Shown here piece by piece: positions 1 through 8,575 of a stretch of DNA of 28,236 nucleotides. The translations under genes were made by a program, and so were the position numbers. The notes below the pieces were generated by a model. That model made no database searches. It was not told the origin of the DNA and saw only the letters and a list, made by a program, of their open reading frames with translations. This DNA is from Candidatus Eiseniibacteriota bacterium (GTDB lineage Bacteria > Eisenbacteria > RBG-16-71-46 > CAZEPH01). Within the stretch, counting starts at the first letter, position 1, and the number at the start of each line of letters is the position of its first letter. The stretch covers positions 1 to 28,236 of the forward strand of contig JBGATO010000050.1 in NCBI GenBank assembly GCA_044229145.1, written 5' to 3'.

Positions 1-107
1 TCCCGAGCGTACCACGCACGGCGATGCGCCGCGAGAACCGCCCGGCGGCGTCTTGACAGCGTGCACGACGCTCGCCACCGTGGCCGGCGGCACCGGAGGG
101 CGACGCA

Positions 108-1427
108 GTGAAGGCGTGGTGGATGGCGATGGGTCTGGTCGCGGCGAGCTCGGCGCACGCCGAGACCCGCGAAGTGTCGATGTCGTGGCACTATGCGTTG
201 CGCCTGGCGCGCACCGCGCCGTTGGCGCGCGCCGCGATCGCGGATGCCGAGGCCGCGCGCGCCCGCGCCGCCGAAGCGCGCGCCGCGGCATGGCCGCAGC
301 TCACGCTGTCCGGTCTGGTCACGCCGTGGCAGAAGGCGCCCGACGTGGTGGTGCCCGACAGCGCGATCGTGATCGCCGGCTTCCCGCTGCCCGGCTTCTC
401 GTTCGAGGCGCGCACCGCGCGCAAGTACGCGACCGCCGCCGATCTCAGCCTGCCGCTGTGGACGTGGGGCCGCCTCGGCGCGGTGCGGCGCGCGGCATCC
501 GCCGGCGCCGACGCCGCCGCCGCGGTCGCCGAGCGCACCGCCGACGACCTCGCCTACGACGCCACCGAGGGATTCGTCCAGGCGCTGCTCGCCGCGCAGT
601 TGGCGGACGTCGCGCGCGCCGACCTCGCCCTGCGCACACAGTTGGCCGATGCCGCGCGGCAACGCGAACGCCTCGGCGAACTGGCGGCCGTGGACCGTCT
701 CGCGGCGCAAGCCGACAGCGCCTCCAGCGCCGCGTCGGTGGTGCGCGCGGAGGCCGCAGTCCGCACCACGCGTGAGGCGCTCGCGCTGGTGCTCGGGCTG
801 CGCGACACGCTCGCCGTCGCCCCGGCGGGATCGCTCGAGGGCGTAGCACAGGACATCGCCGGCCTTCCCGTCGATGGCGCCGCCGAATCTGCCGACCTCC
901 GGGCCGCTCGCCTGGCGGCCCGCGCCGCCGCCGCCCAACTCACCGCCGCCCGCCGCGAGCGCTGGCCGGCGCTCGGCGCCGTCGCCCGCCTCGCGTACCA
1001 AAGCGACGCGTTGGGGCGCTTGGTCGCTCCCGAGACGCGCGTGTCGTCGCTCGGGGTCGGATTCAGCATGCCGGTCTTCGACGGCGGGGCGATCGGCGCG
1101 CGGGGTCGCGCGGCGGCCGCAGCCTCCGCCGCGGCGCGGGAGCGCGAGCAGACGGTACGCGACCGGCTCGCCTTCGAGCTCCGCCAGGCGACTGCGGACG
1201 CCGATGCCGCCACCGCCGAACTCGGCGCCCGCCGCCTCGCCGCGCAGCTGGCGGCCGAACGGGCCGGCATCGCCACGCGTGCATTCCGCACGGGAATCGT
1301 CAGCGCCCGCGATGCGGATGCCGCCGCCGTCGGCGCCCAGGCCGCCGGGGCCGCGTGGGCCGAGGCGCAAGCCGCGCAGGCACTTGCCTTCGCGCGCCAG
1401 CGCCGGGTGCAGGCCGCTCTGCGCTGA
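108..1427 (+). CDS. TolC-family outer membrane efflux protein
   Basis: 439-aa ORF with a GTG start after GGAGG and a signal peptide (MKAWW...SSAHA). Two OEP-like repeats: 'ARAAAWPQLTLSG...LSLPLWTWG' and 'ARRERWPAL...GFSMPVFDGG'. Ala-rich helical segments. Confidence 0.85.
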   Translation: MKAWWMAMGLVAASSAHAETREVSMSWHYALRLARTAPLARAAIADAEAARARAAEARAAAWPQLTLSGLVTPWQKAPDVVVPDSAIVIAGFPLPGFSFEARTARKYATAADLSLPLWTWGRLGAVRRAASAGADAAAAVAERTADDLAYDATEGFVQALLAAQLADVARADLALRTQLADAARQRERLGELAAVDRLAAQADSASSAASVVRAEAAVRTTREALALVLGLRDTLAVAPAGSLEGVAQDIAGLPVDGAAESADLRAARLAARAAAAQLTAARRERWPALGAVARLAYQSDALGRLVAPETRVSSLGVGFSMPVFDGGAIGARGRAAAAASAAAREREQTVRDRLAFELRQATADADAATAELGARRLAAQLAAERAGIATRAFRTGIVSARDADAAAVGAQAAGAAWAEAQAAQALAFARQRRVQAALR

Positions 1428-1511
1428 GCCAACCCGCTGCCGCTGAAGTCGCAGCGGCGCTAAATGGCTGAGCCAAAAGACGCTAAGTGATGTGGTCCGC
1501 GATCGGCACGG

Positions 1512-1539
1512 TTGAATTTCGCGGCGGGGCCCGTATACT
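1512..1539 (+). promoter_or_regulatory. sigma70-like promoter (TTGAAT-16-TATACT)
   Basis: Near-consensus -35/-10 pair in a very GC-rich context, upstream of the gene at 1860. Confidence 0.5.
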
Positions 1540-1859
1540 TTGCAGACGTCCTTGCCGAGCGGCTGGCGTGTCGTTTGCGCCAACCGTCGCGCCATCACCT
1601 GCCGGCGCAGGCCTGCGACACCCGCTCGCCGCGCTCCGCGAGTCCCCACTCGCGTGCAATCCATCGCAGACGCCTCCCCAGCCTGCGTCGTCTCACGGAT
1701 TCACCCTCGCCGTGCGTGTTCGCACGGGGGTGGCCGAACGCTCCACGCGTCACCATGGGCACGTCGCAGTACTCCTCGCATCCCGTTGGTCCGCATCGCG
1801 CGAGACATCCTCGCCGTCATGCATCGCCGTCGTCCTCCTCTCGGGAAGAAAAAGACACT

Positions 1860-3470
1860 ATGTGCCGAATCGCCGTTCGCTCCATCGTCGTCGCCCTCTT
1901 CGCACTCGCGAGCGCGCTGGCCGCGCCTGCGGCCCGCGCGAGCTCGTGGCCGGAGTTCGGCCGCGACAACGCCAATACCTCGGTGAGCGACGAGACGTGG
2001 CTCAACACCGGCAACGCGAATGCACTGGTCGAGAAGTTCTACGCCGTACTGCCGGAAGCGGTCGCCGGTCAGCCGGTCGCCGTGCGCGACACCGTCTACA
2101 TGGGGACGCTCGGCGGCCAGGTCGTCGCGTACTCGCTCACCGACGGGCACACGTTCTGGTCGACCCAACTGGGTTCGTCGATCTACGGCTCGGTGTACGT
2201 GCGCAACGGCCGCGTGTACACCGGCGACCTCACCGCCACTGCCTACTGTCTCAACGCGCAGACCGGCGCCGTGCTATGGCAGACGCCGCTGGGCGATCCG
2301 GCGTTCGAGGGCATCTTCGGATCGCCGACCTTCACCAATAACAAGGTCGTCGTCGGCATTGCGTCGTATGTCGGCGACAACCCGTGTTCGCGCGGGCGCG
2401 CGATCGCCCTCGACGCGACGACCGGCGCGATCGCGTGGACCTGGTACAACGTCGATGCGTCGAGCACTGGCGGCGGCGTGTGGAACAGCGTCGCCGCGGA
2501 CGACGTGCAGGGACGCGTGTACGTCGCCACCGCGAATCCGTGCTCCGGCAACGCGTACTCGAGTCCGTACTGCAATGCGATCATCTGTCTCAACAGCGCC
2601 ACCGGCACCGAGCTGTGGCACTACCAGGCGATCGTCAACGATCAGGACGACATGGGCTTCGGCGGCAGCCCGGTGCTGTTCAACGCCAACGGCATCCCCG
2701 CGGTGGCGGCCGGCAACAAGGACGGCAACGTGTACGCGGTGCGCCGCGACACCGGCGCGCTGCTGTGGATCGCGGCGCTCGCCGGCAAGGCGGGCTTCAC
2801 CGGCGACATCGGATGCATCTCGACCGCCGCGGTGCTCAGCGACCGTTTGATCATCGGCTGCGGCAAGACGCTCGACGGCTACCCGGGCGCCATCTATGCC
2901 CTCAACGTCACCAACGGCGTGACGCGGTGGCGGCACACCACCACGTCGCCGGTGTACGGCCCCATCGCGGCGGCCAACGGCGTGGTGCTCGCCTGCGCGG
3001 TCAACCCCGAGCTTCTGGCGCTGAGCGCGGCCAACGGCGACTCGCTGTTCAAGGGCACGCTTGGACTCGGCGGCGGATTGGTGTTCGGCGGGCCGAGCGT
3101 GTCGCACGGCTACATCCTGGTCCCGAGTTTCGACTTCAAGGTCTATCAGTACTCGTTCGCGCAGGTCCCGACCGGCGTCGAGCTCCACGAAGAAGCCGCA
3201 GCGGGCGACGGTATCGCGCTCGCCGCGGCGGTGGATCGCGCGGCCGGCGTCGTGCACTTGACGGCGCAGGGCGTGACGCGCGACGTCACCGCCACCATCG
3301 TCGACGTCGCCGGCCGGACCGTGGCGCACGTCGATCTGCGGGCGAACGGTTCGCCCATCGCCACCGGAACGTGGGACGCCCGCACCCGCAGCGGCCAGGC
3401 GGTGCCGGCCGGCGTCTACCTCGCCCGCGTCGCCGGCGCCAGCGCACGCATTGTGGTGACCGACCGCTAA
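1860..3470 (+). CDS. Secreted PQQ-binding-like beta-propeller protein (PVA-dehydrogenase-like) with C-terminal FlgD-Ig/CTD-like domain
   Basis: Start placed at ATG 1860 because a signal peptide follows (MCRIAVRSIVVALFALASALAAPAARA). Repeated AxDxxTGxxxW propeller motifs, 'GGGVWNSVAAD...VYVATAN' and 'AGNKDGNVYAV'. C-terminus 'IVDVAGRTV...WDARTRSGQAVPAGVYLARV'. Confidence 0.85.
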   Translation: MCRIAVRSIVVALFALASALAAPAARASSWPEFGRDNANTSVSDETWLNTGNANALVEKFYAVLPEAVAGQPVAVRDTVYMGTLGGQVVAYSLTDGHTFWSTQLGSSIYGSVYVRNGRVYTGDLTATAYCLNAQTGAVLWQTPLGDPAFEGIFGSPTFTNNKVVVGIASYVGDNPCSRGRAIALDATTGAIAWTWYNVDASSTGGGVWNSVAADDVQGRVYVATANPCSGNAYSSPYCNAIICLNSATGTELWHYQAIVNDQDDMGFGGSPVLFNANGIPAVAAGNKDGNVYAVRRDTGALLWIAALAGKAGFTGDIGCISTAAVLSDRLIIGCGKTLDGYPGAIYALNVTNGVTRWRHTTTSPVYGPIAAANGVVLACAVNPELLALSAANGDSLFKGTLGLGGGLVFGGPSVSHGYILVPSFDFKVYQYSFAQVPTGVELHEEAAAGDGIALAAAVDRAAGVVHLTAQGVTRDVTATIVDVAGRTVAHVDLRANGSPIATGTWDARTRSGQAVPAGVYLARVAGASARIVVTDR

Positions 3471-3492
3471 GCTGCCCGGCACCATCGCCACC

Positions 3493-3526
3493 ACGGGGAC
3501 GCGTCCTGCCGGCGCGTCCCCGTTTG
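3493..3526 (+). terminator. Rho-independent terminator-like hairpin
   Basis: ACGGGGACGCG / CGCGTCCCCGT 11-bp stem ending in a short T run, 22 nt after the stop codon. Confidence 0.55.
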
Positions 3527-3552
3527 CATGTCGCCCGCCGAGCCCCTATCAT
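3524..3552 (+). promoter_or_regulatory. sigma70-like promoter (TTGCAT-17-TATCAT) for the MaoC gene
   Basis: Good -35/-10 match with 17-nt spacer. AGGAGG RBS lies downstream at about 3605. Confidence 0.55.
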
Positions 3553-3623
3553 CCGCGCGCACCCCGCCCACCCTGTCTGGGTGATGGCCGGGATCTCACC
3601 TGCCAGGAGGAAGGACGACGGCG

Positions 3624-4091
3624 ATGCGCCCGGTCTATCAACCCCGCGGAAAGTGGTTCGAGGATTTGCACGCGGGCGACGCGTGGATGTCGGTGGGCCG
3701 CACGGTCACCGAAACCGACATCGTCAACTTCGCCGGCGTGTCCGGCGACTTCAATCCGCTGCACACCGACGAAGTGACCTCCGCCGCCGGCCAGTTCGGC
3801 GGCCGCATCGCGCACGGCATGTGCGGCCTGTCGATCGCCACCGGCTTGTTCGAGCGCAGCGGCATCGTCGAAGGCACGATCGTCGGGTTCGTCGGCATCG
3901 AGATGAAGTTCCGCGCGCCGGTGCGTCCCGGCGACACCATCCGCCTCGCCTACTCGGTGGCCCGCATGCGCGCCGGCCAACCCGGCGAAGGCGGCGTCGT
4001 CATCTTCCACGGCGAAGTGCTCAACCAGCACGACGAACTGGTGATGGACGGCCACATCACGACGTTGGTGAAGGGGCGGCCGGCGGAGTAG
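3624..4091 (+). CDS. MaoC-family dehydratase (hotdog fold, (R)-enoyl-CoA hydratase-like)
   Basis: 'FEDL...GRTVTETDIVNFAGVSGDFNPLHTD...FGGRIAHG...FRAPVRPGDTI' matches the hydratase-2 motif. Confidence 0.92.
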   Translation: MRPVYQPRGKWFEDLHAGDAWMSVGRTVTETDIVNFAGVSGDFNPLHTDEVTSAAGQFGGRIAHGMCGLSIATGLFERSGIVEGTIVGFVGIEMKFRAPVRPGDTIRLAYSVARMRAGQPGEGGVVIFHGEVLNQHDELVMDGHITTLVKGRPAE

Positions 4092-4114
4092 CGCGACGAC
4101 CGCGATGCAGACGA

Positions 4115-4150
4115 CGAAGCCCGGGGCAGCCTGCGCCGCCCCGGGCTTCG
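4115..4150. terminator. Hairpin between convergent genes (likely bidirectional terminator)
   Basis: CGAAGCCCGGGGC / GCCCCGGGCTTCG perfect 13-bp stem between the MaoC and pruA stop codons. Confidence 0.65.
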
Positions 4151-4166
4151 CGTGTGTCGTCGTGTG

Positions 4167-5744
4167 CTAGTTCTTCTCGGCGATCGACTTCGCCTGCAAG
4201 AAGAGCAGCAGGTAGTCGTGGCCGCCCGCCTTCGAGTCGGTCCCGCTCATGTTGAAGCCGCCGAACGGGTGCGCGCCGACCAGCGCGCCGGTGCACTTGC
4301 GGTTCAAGTACAAGTTGCCGACGTGGAAGCGGCGGCGCGCCAGTTCGAGCTTCGCCGGATTCTTCGAGTACGCCGCGCCGGTGAGGCCGAACTCGGTGTC
4401 GTTGGCGATGTCGATCGCGTGCTGGAAGTCCTTCGCGCGAATGAGCGCCAGCACCGGGCCGAAGATCTCCTCCTGCTCGATGCGCGCGCCCGGCTTGATG
4501 TCGCCGATGATCGTCGGCTGGATGAACGTGCCCTTCTTGGCGAGCTCCGGATCCGGTCCGCCGCCGAGCAGCAGCGTCCCTTCGCCCTTGCCGATCTCGA
4601 TGTAGTTGCAGATCGTCTCGAACGCCTTCTTGCTCACCACCGGGCCGACGTTGGTGGCGCCGTCGGCCGCGTCGCCGAGCTTCAGCGCCTTCGCCTTCTC
4701 GACCACCAGCGCCGCGACCTTGTCGTACACGCTGTCGACGATGATGGCGCGCGAACACGCGCTGCACTTCTGGCCCTGGAAGCCGAACGCCGCCGACACG
4801 ATGCCGGTGGCCGCGCTTTCGAGATCCGCGTCGTCGTCGACGACGGTCGCGTCCTTGCCGCCCATTTCGGCGACGACGCGCTTGATCCAGATCTGCCCCT
4901 TCGGCGTCTTGCCCGCCTTCTCGACGATGCCGAGGCCGACTTCCTTCGAGCCGGTGAACGAGATGAACCGCACCCGCGGCGAGTTGACCAAGTGCTCGCC
5001 CACCGTCGCGCCCGGGCCCGGCAGGAAGTTGATGACGCCGGCCGGGAAGCCCGCCTCCTCGGCGACTTCCATGAACTTCGCGGCGATGATGATGCTGTCG
5101 CTCGCCGGCTTGAGCACGACGCAGTTGCCGGTGACCGCGGCCGCGGTGGTCATGCCGGTGAGGATCGCCAGCGGGAAGTTCCACGGCGGAATCACCGTGC
5201 CGACGCCGAGCGGAATGTAGAACAGCCCGCCGGTTTCGCCGGCCACCGGCGTCGTCTCGTGACGGCCCGCGAGCCGGATCATGTCGCGCGCGTAGAACTC
5301 GAGGAAGTCGATCGCTTCCGCCGTGTCGCCGTCCGCTTCCGGCCACGTCTTGCCGACTTCGAGCACCATCCACGCGCTCAGTTCGTGCTTGCGGCGGCGC
5401 ATGATCTCGGCGGCGCGTAGCAGGTACTGCGCGCGCTCCTCGCCCGGCACGTCGCGCCAGGTGTCGAACGCCTTCCACGCCGCGTCGAGCGCGCGCTCGG
5501 CGTCCGCGACCGACGCCGACGCGGTGCGGCCGACCACCACGCTGAGGTCGTTCGGGCTGGTCGACGTGACGAAGCTGCCGGTGGTGACGCGCTCGCCTCC
5601 GATGACGAGCGGATAGTCGCGGCCCAGCTCGCCGCGCACCTGCGCCAGCGCTGCCTCGAAGGCGGCACGGTTGGCGGGCTGGGAGAAGTCGGTGAACGGC
5701 TCGTTGGCGAACGGGGCCAAAGCGGTCCCGGAGGTGGTGAGCAT
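4167..5744 (-). CDS. pruA: L-glutamate gamma-semialdehyde (1-pyrroline-5-carboxylate) dehydrogenase
   Basis: ALDH motifs 'PPWNFP', 'FTGS', 'EMGGK', catalytic 'GQKCSA', 'EEIFGP' and 'HPFGGFNMSGTDSKAGG'. N-terminal 'PFANEPFTDF' is typical of RocA/PruA. AGGAG RBS. Confidence 0.95.
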   Translation of the reverse strand: MLTTSGTALAPFANEPFTDFSQPANRAAFEAALAQVRGELGRDYPLVIGGERVTTGSFVTSTSPNDLSVVVGRTASASVADAERALDAAWKAFDTWRDVPGEERAQYLLRAAEIMRRRKHELSAWMVLEVGKTWPEADGDTAEAIDFLEFYARDMIRLAGRHETTPVAGETGGLFYIPLGVGTVIPPWNFPLAILTGMTTAAAVTGNCVVLKPASDSIIIAAKFMEVAEEAGFPAGVINFLPGPGATVGEHLVNSPRVRFISFTGSKEVGLGIVEKAGKTPKGQIWIKRVVAEMGGKDATVVDDDADLESAATGIVSAAFGFQGQKCSACSRAIIVDSVYDKVAALVVEKAKALKLGDAADGATNVGPVVSKKAFETICNYIEIGKGEGTLLLGGGPDPELAKKGTFIQPTIIGDIKPGARIEQEEIFGPVLALIRAKDFQHAIDIANDTEFGLTGAAYSKNPAKLELARRRFHVGNLYLNRKCTGALVGAHPFGGFNMSGTDSKAGGHDYLLLFLQAKSIAEKN

Positions 5745-5901
5745 GAGTCACTCCTGGGCGACAAAGTGGGGGCGCGTACCGCAACCGAGCCGGCATCTGC
5801 GCGGATCGGCGTTCCGTGCGGCGAGTCTACACCAATCCTTTCGAGCGGGAATTGCCGCGCGGTCCCGTTGGTCCCGCGGTCCGGCCACACCGCCACCGCG
5901 C

Positions 5902-5930
5902 TTGCCGGATCCGCGCCGCGCTTCTACCAT
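5902..5930 (+). promoter_or_regulatory. sigma70-like promoter (TTGCCG-17-TACCAT)
   Basis: -35/-10 match in the divergent intergenic region, upstream of the gene at 6044. Confidence 0.45.
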
Positions 5931-6043
5931 GGGAGATGCTGGGTTCCGCCCGCGCCGAACACCTCGCCGCAGTCGCAGTGCACCCGCTCCCCGCCGACCC
6001 GTTCCTCACCCGCACCCCGGATCGCAGTCTGGAGACCCTCTCG

Positions 6044-6637
6044 ATGAAGAAGCTCGCCCTCGCCTTCGGAATCGCCCTCCTGTCGATCGCCCACGCGGCG
6101 ATCGCCCGCACGCCGCAGCCCCATGTGTTCGGCCCCGGCAGTTCGCCGGCCGACGAATACCAAACCAACGTCACCGTGATGAGCATCTGCGGCGGCCCGA
6201 TCTCCTCCGGGTGGGGCGTGAACGACGGCCTCGGCTGGCGCGTCGCCTACCGCTTCACGCCCAGCGTCACTGCGGCCCCGATCACCATGGGAACCGTGGT
6301 GTCCGACAACGGCGCGCCGACCTTCACGCTGAACGCGTCGATCTACACGGCGGACGCGTTCGGCCATCCACAGACCTTGCTGTACCAGACGGCCTCGATC
6401 ACGTGGGTCAACGCGCCGGTGTATCCGATGGGAGCGAAGGTGAAATTCCCGGTCCAGGGCGCGCCGGTTCTCACGGCGGGCACGGACTACGTGCTGGTCA
6501 TTCGGTCGCCGGCCGGCGGGTGCCTGGTGGATGCCAACCCGGGAACCTGCGTCGGGCTCTTGTCCCAAAGCCTCGACGGCGGCATCACCTGGAACAACCA
6601 GGCCGGCAGCATGATCCACGGCATCGCGGCCCCGTAG
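6044..6637 (+). CDS. Secreted hypothetical beta-sandwich protein (choice-of-anchor-R-like) with a single Asp-box
   Basis: GGAG RBS and signal peptide MKKLALAFGIALLSIAHAAIA. Pattern 'AYRFTP...IYTADAFGHP...LTAGTDYVLVI'. Asp-box 'SLDGGITW'. The family assignment is tentative. Confidence 0.7.
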   Translation: MKKLALAFGIALLSIAHAAIARTPQPHVFGPGSSPADEYQTNVTVMSICGGPISSGWGVNDGLGWRVAYRFTPSVTAAPITMGTVVSDNGAPTFTLNASIYTADAFGHPQTLLYQTASITWVNAPVYPMGAKVKFPVQGAPVLTAGTDYVLVIRSPAGGCLVDANPGTCVGLLSQSLDGGITWNNQAGSMIHGIAAP

Positions 6638-6645
6638 CGCCTCGC

Positions 6646-6690
6646 GCTCCGTCCGGACGGCGCGGCACCACTCCGTCGTCCGGACGAGCT
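6646..6690 (+). terminator. Hairpin after the secreted-protein gene
   Basis: Two copies of the self-palindromic CGTCCGGACG (6650-6659 and 6677-6686) can pair as a stem right after the stop. No U-tract. Confidence 0.35.
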
Positions 6691-6868
6691 GTCCGCGCGA
6701 TCCCACTCACCTCATCCGCCCCTCCCGGCCCGCCCCTCTCAACCCTCCAGTGTCCCGCCGATAATGAAGCCACCCACGACCCACTTGCTTCCCCAGAAAT
6801 CTCCCCCGCACACGCCTCTAATCAGCAACACTGTATCTACACCCATTGGATGTTGGAGGCTCTCTCTC

Positions 6869-7873
6869 ATGCTGCGCATTCCCGCTGAGCGGGTTTTCCT
6901 CGAGTACGCCGAGGCCGTCAATCGTGGCGACCGCGGCTGGCTCGAGTTTCTCTGTGCCCCGGACGTCAGCTTTGCCTCTCCCGAGTCTGGGGTCGTCTCC
7001 ACGGGACCGCGTGCCGTCGCGGACGCGATCCTGCATCACGCAACCGGCGCTTCCGGGGAACCGGAGCTCGGCCTCATCGACAGTGCGGGCGGCGCGGCAG
7101 TCGCGGCGCCGCGCGCCGTGCTTCACCGGCGGACGGTCGCCACGGCGGCCGGTTGGCCGTCCACGGTCGTCGTCTGGGAAGGCCTCGAGGGCGGCAGTTG
7201 GCGCGCCGTCGGGGCGGAATCGCTGCGCATCGGGCCGGAGGGCCTCGCCCAAATCCTGGTGCGCGGTCTCGATCTCCCGGCCGAGCTGTTGCAGTCGGTC
7301 CATCCCTCCGAACCGCCCACGCCCATCGTGCGCGAGTCACCGTCGCCGGTCATTCGGACCGCGCCCGGCCATCTCGCGATCGCGATGCACCACCGCACCA
7401 GCTACTTCGACTTCTCGATCGATCCGCTGTTCGGGCGCATCGCCGAGTGGATGGAGGCGCGGCGGATTCCGGCGGTCGGGCCGTGGCTGGCACTGTTCGA
7501 CGATCCGACGCAGTACGAGGACGGCGACATGCCGGTGACGGTGGCGATCAGTGTCGCCGGCACGCTGTCGCGTCCACCGGCGGGCGCGCGGTCGTTGCCG
7601 ATCGTGCATCCGTGGCTGGCGCCCACCTCGTGGACGTCCAAGCCGGGCGACCTCGTGCTGTTGGCGATGGAGCCGGTGACGGTTGCGTCGGTGCGGCGCG
7701 CGCCCTGGCGATCGACGGGCGAGTTCCGCCGTCTGATCGGCGAGACGCGAAAGGGTCTCGCGGGGAGCGGGCGTCACGCGCGCTGGCCGATCCGCGAGTA
7801 CTATCACGACACGTCGCCGGACGCGCTCGAAGCGAGCACCGGCGAGTGGGAACTGCAGGTGCCTCTGGGCTAG
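6869..7873 (+). CDS. SnoaL-like (NTF2) domain + GyrI-like small-molecule-binding domain fusion
   Basis: ATG 6869 follows GGAGG. N-terminus 'LEYAEAVNRGD...LCAPDVSF...GPRAV' is SnoaL-like. C-terminus 'FGRIAEWMEARRIPAVGPWLALFDD...WPIREYYH...WELQVPL' is GyrI/BmrR-like. Confidence 0.7.
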   Translation: MLRIPAERVFLEYAEAVNRGDRGWLEFLCAPDVSFASPESGVVSTGPRAVADAILHHATGASGEPELGLIDSAGGAAVAAPRAVLHRRTVATAAGWPSTVVVWEGLEGGSWRAVGAESLRIGPEGLAQILVRGLDLPAELLQSVHPSEPPTPIVRESPSPVIRTAPGHLAIAMHHRTSYFDFSIDPLFGRIAEWMEARRIPAVGPWLALFDDPTQYEDGDMPVTVAISVAGTLSRPPAGARSLPIVHPWLAPTSWTSKPGDLVLLAMEPVTVASVRRAPWRSTGEFRRLIGETRKGLAGSGRHARWPIREYYHDTSPDALEASTGEWELQVPLG

Positions 7874-8514
7874 CCTGCACGGCGCGCGGCTGCGGGGGTC
7901 TCCCGCAGCCGCGCGTGCACTTCGCGCCGCGCGGCGCGCCATTCTTCGCTCGTCATCGCCCAGCGTTCGTGATCGCGCCACGCGCCGTTGATCTTGAGAT
8001 AGCGCGGCGAATAGCCCTCGCAGCGAAAGCCCAGCGTGCGCGCGAGGGCGCGCGACGGTTCGTTGGTGGGTTGGATGTTCGCCTCGACGCGATGCAGTTT
8101 CATGTCGAGGAAGACGTAGTCGAGCGCGGTCGCCAGGGCTTCGCGCATGTAGCCCTGCCCGGCGAAACGTTCGCCGATCCAGTAGCCGATGTAGGCGTTC
8201 TGGAAGATGCCGCGCACGATCTCGCTGACGCCGACGAGGCCGAGGATGGCATCGTCGCCGCGGCGGAGCACGAGCAGCGCTTCGCGGCGTTCGCCCTTGG
8301 CGTCGGCGAACTGGCGCAGCGTGCGCGCCGGATCGTTCCACAGTTCGCCGCGCGGCGGGCGGCCTTCCCAGGGCTGCAGGAAGCGGCGGCTTTCCTCGCG
8401 GAGCGCCATGTACGGCGGCGCGTCCGCAGGACACGCGTGACGAATGTAGACGCGCGGGCCGGCGCGCAGTGCGTCGGCGGGTGCGCGCCCACGGCGGGTG
8501 TGTGCTGGGGGCAT
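7870..8514 (-). CDS. GNAT N-acetyltransferase, RimJ/RimL family
   Basis: 'IVRGIFQNAYIGYWIGERFAGQGYMREA...LHRVEANIQPTNEPSRAL...GFRCEGYSPRYLKINGAWRDHERWA'. Its stop overlaps the convergent gene's stop within CTAG. Confidence 0.92.
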   Translation of the reverse strand: MPPAHTRRGRAPADALRAGPRVYIRHACPADAPPYMALREESRRFLQPWEGRPPRGELWNDPARTLRQFADAKGERREALLVLRRGDDAILGLVGVSEIVRGIFQNAYIGYWIGERFAGQGYMREALATALDYVFLDMKLHRVEANIQPTNEPSRALARTLGFRCEGYSPRYLKINGAWRDHERWAMTSEEWRAARREVHARLRETPAAARRAG

Positions 8515-8530
8515 GCGATCCTCTCGGTCA

Positions 8531-8557
8531 GCCGCCGCGGCGCGGTGCCGCGGCGGC
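8531..8557 (-). terminator. GC-rich hairpin downstream of the large surface-protein gene
   Basis: GCCGCCGCGGC / GCCGCGGCGGC perfect 11-bp stem with a 5-nt loop. No U-tract. Confidence 0.35.
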
Positions 8558-8575
8558 GCTCAGGGTCGCGATACT

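Noticed and set aside
1512..1859. 116-aa N-terminal extension of the PQQ-type ORF
   Set aside because: Low-complexity R/S/P sequence placed before a clear signal peptide, and its TTG start coincides with the -35 box.
1860..3470. BamB call
   Set aside because: No lipobox, an extra C-terminal CTD-like domain, and dehydrogenase-like motifs.
2384..4255. 623-aa alternative-frame + ORF and similar Arg-rich ORFs throughout the window
   Set aside because: Off-frame products overlapping well-supported genes.
4167..5744. Bifunctional PutA
   Set aside because: Only the 525-aa ALDH domain is present. There is no proline dehydrogenase domain or gene in the window.
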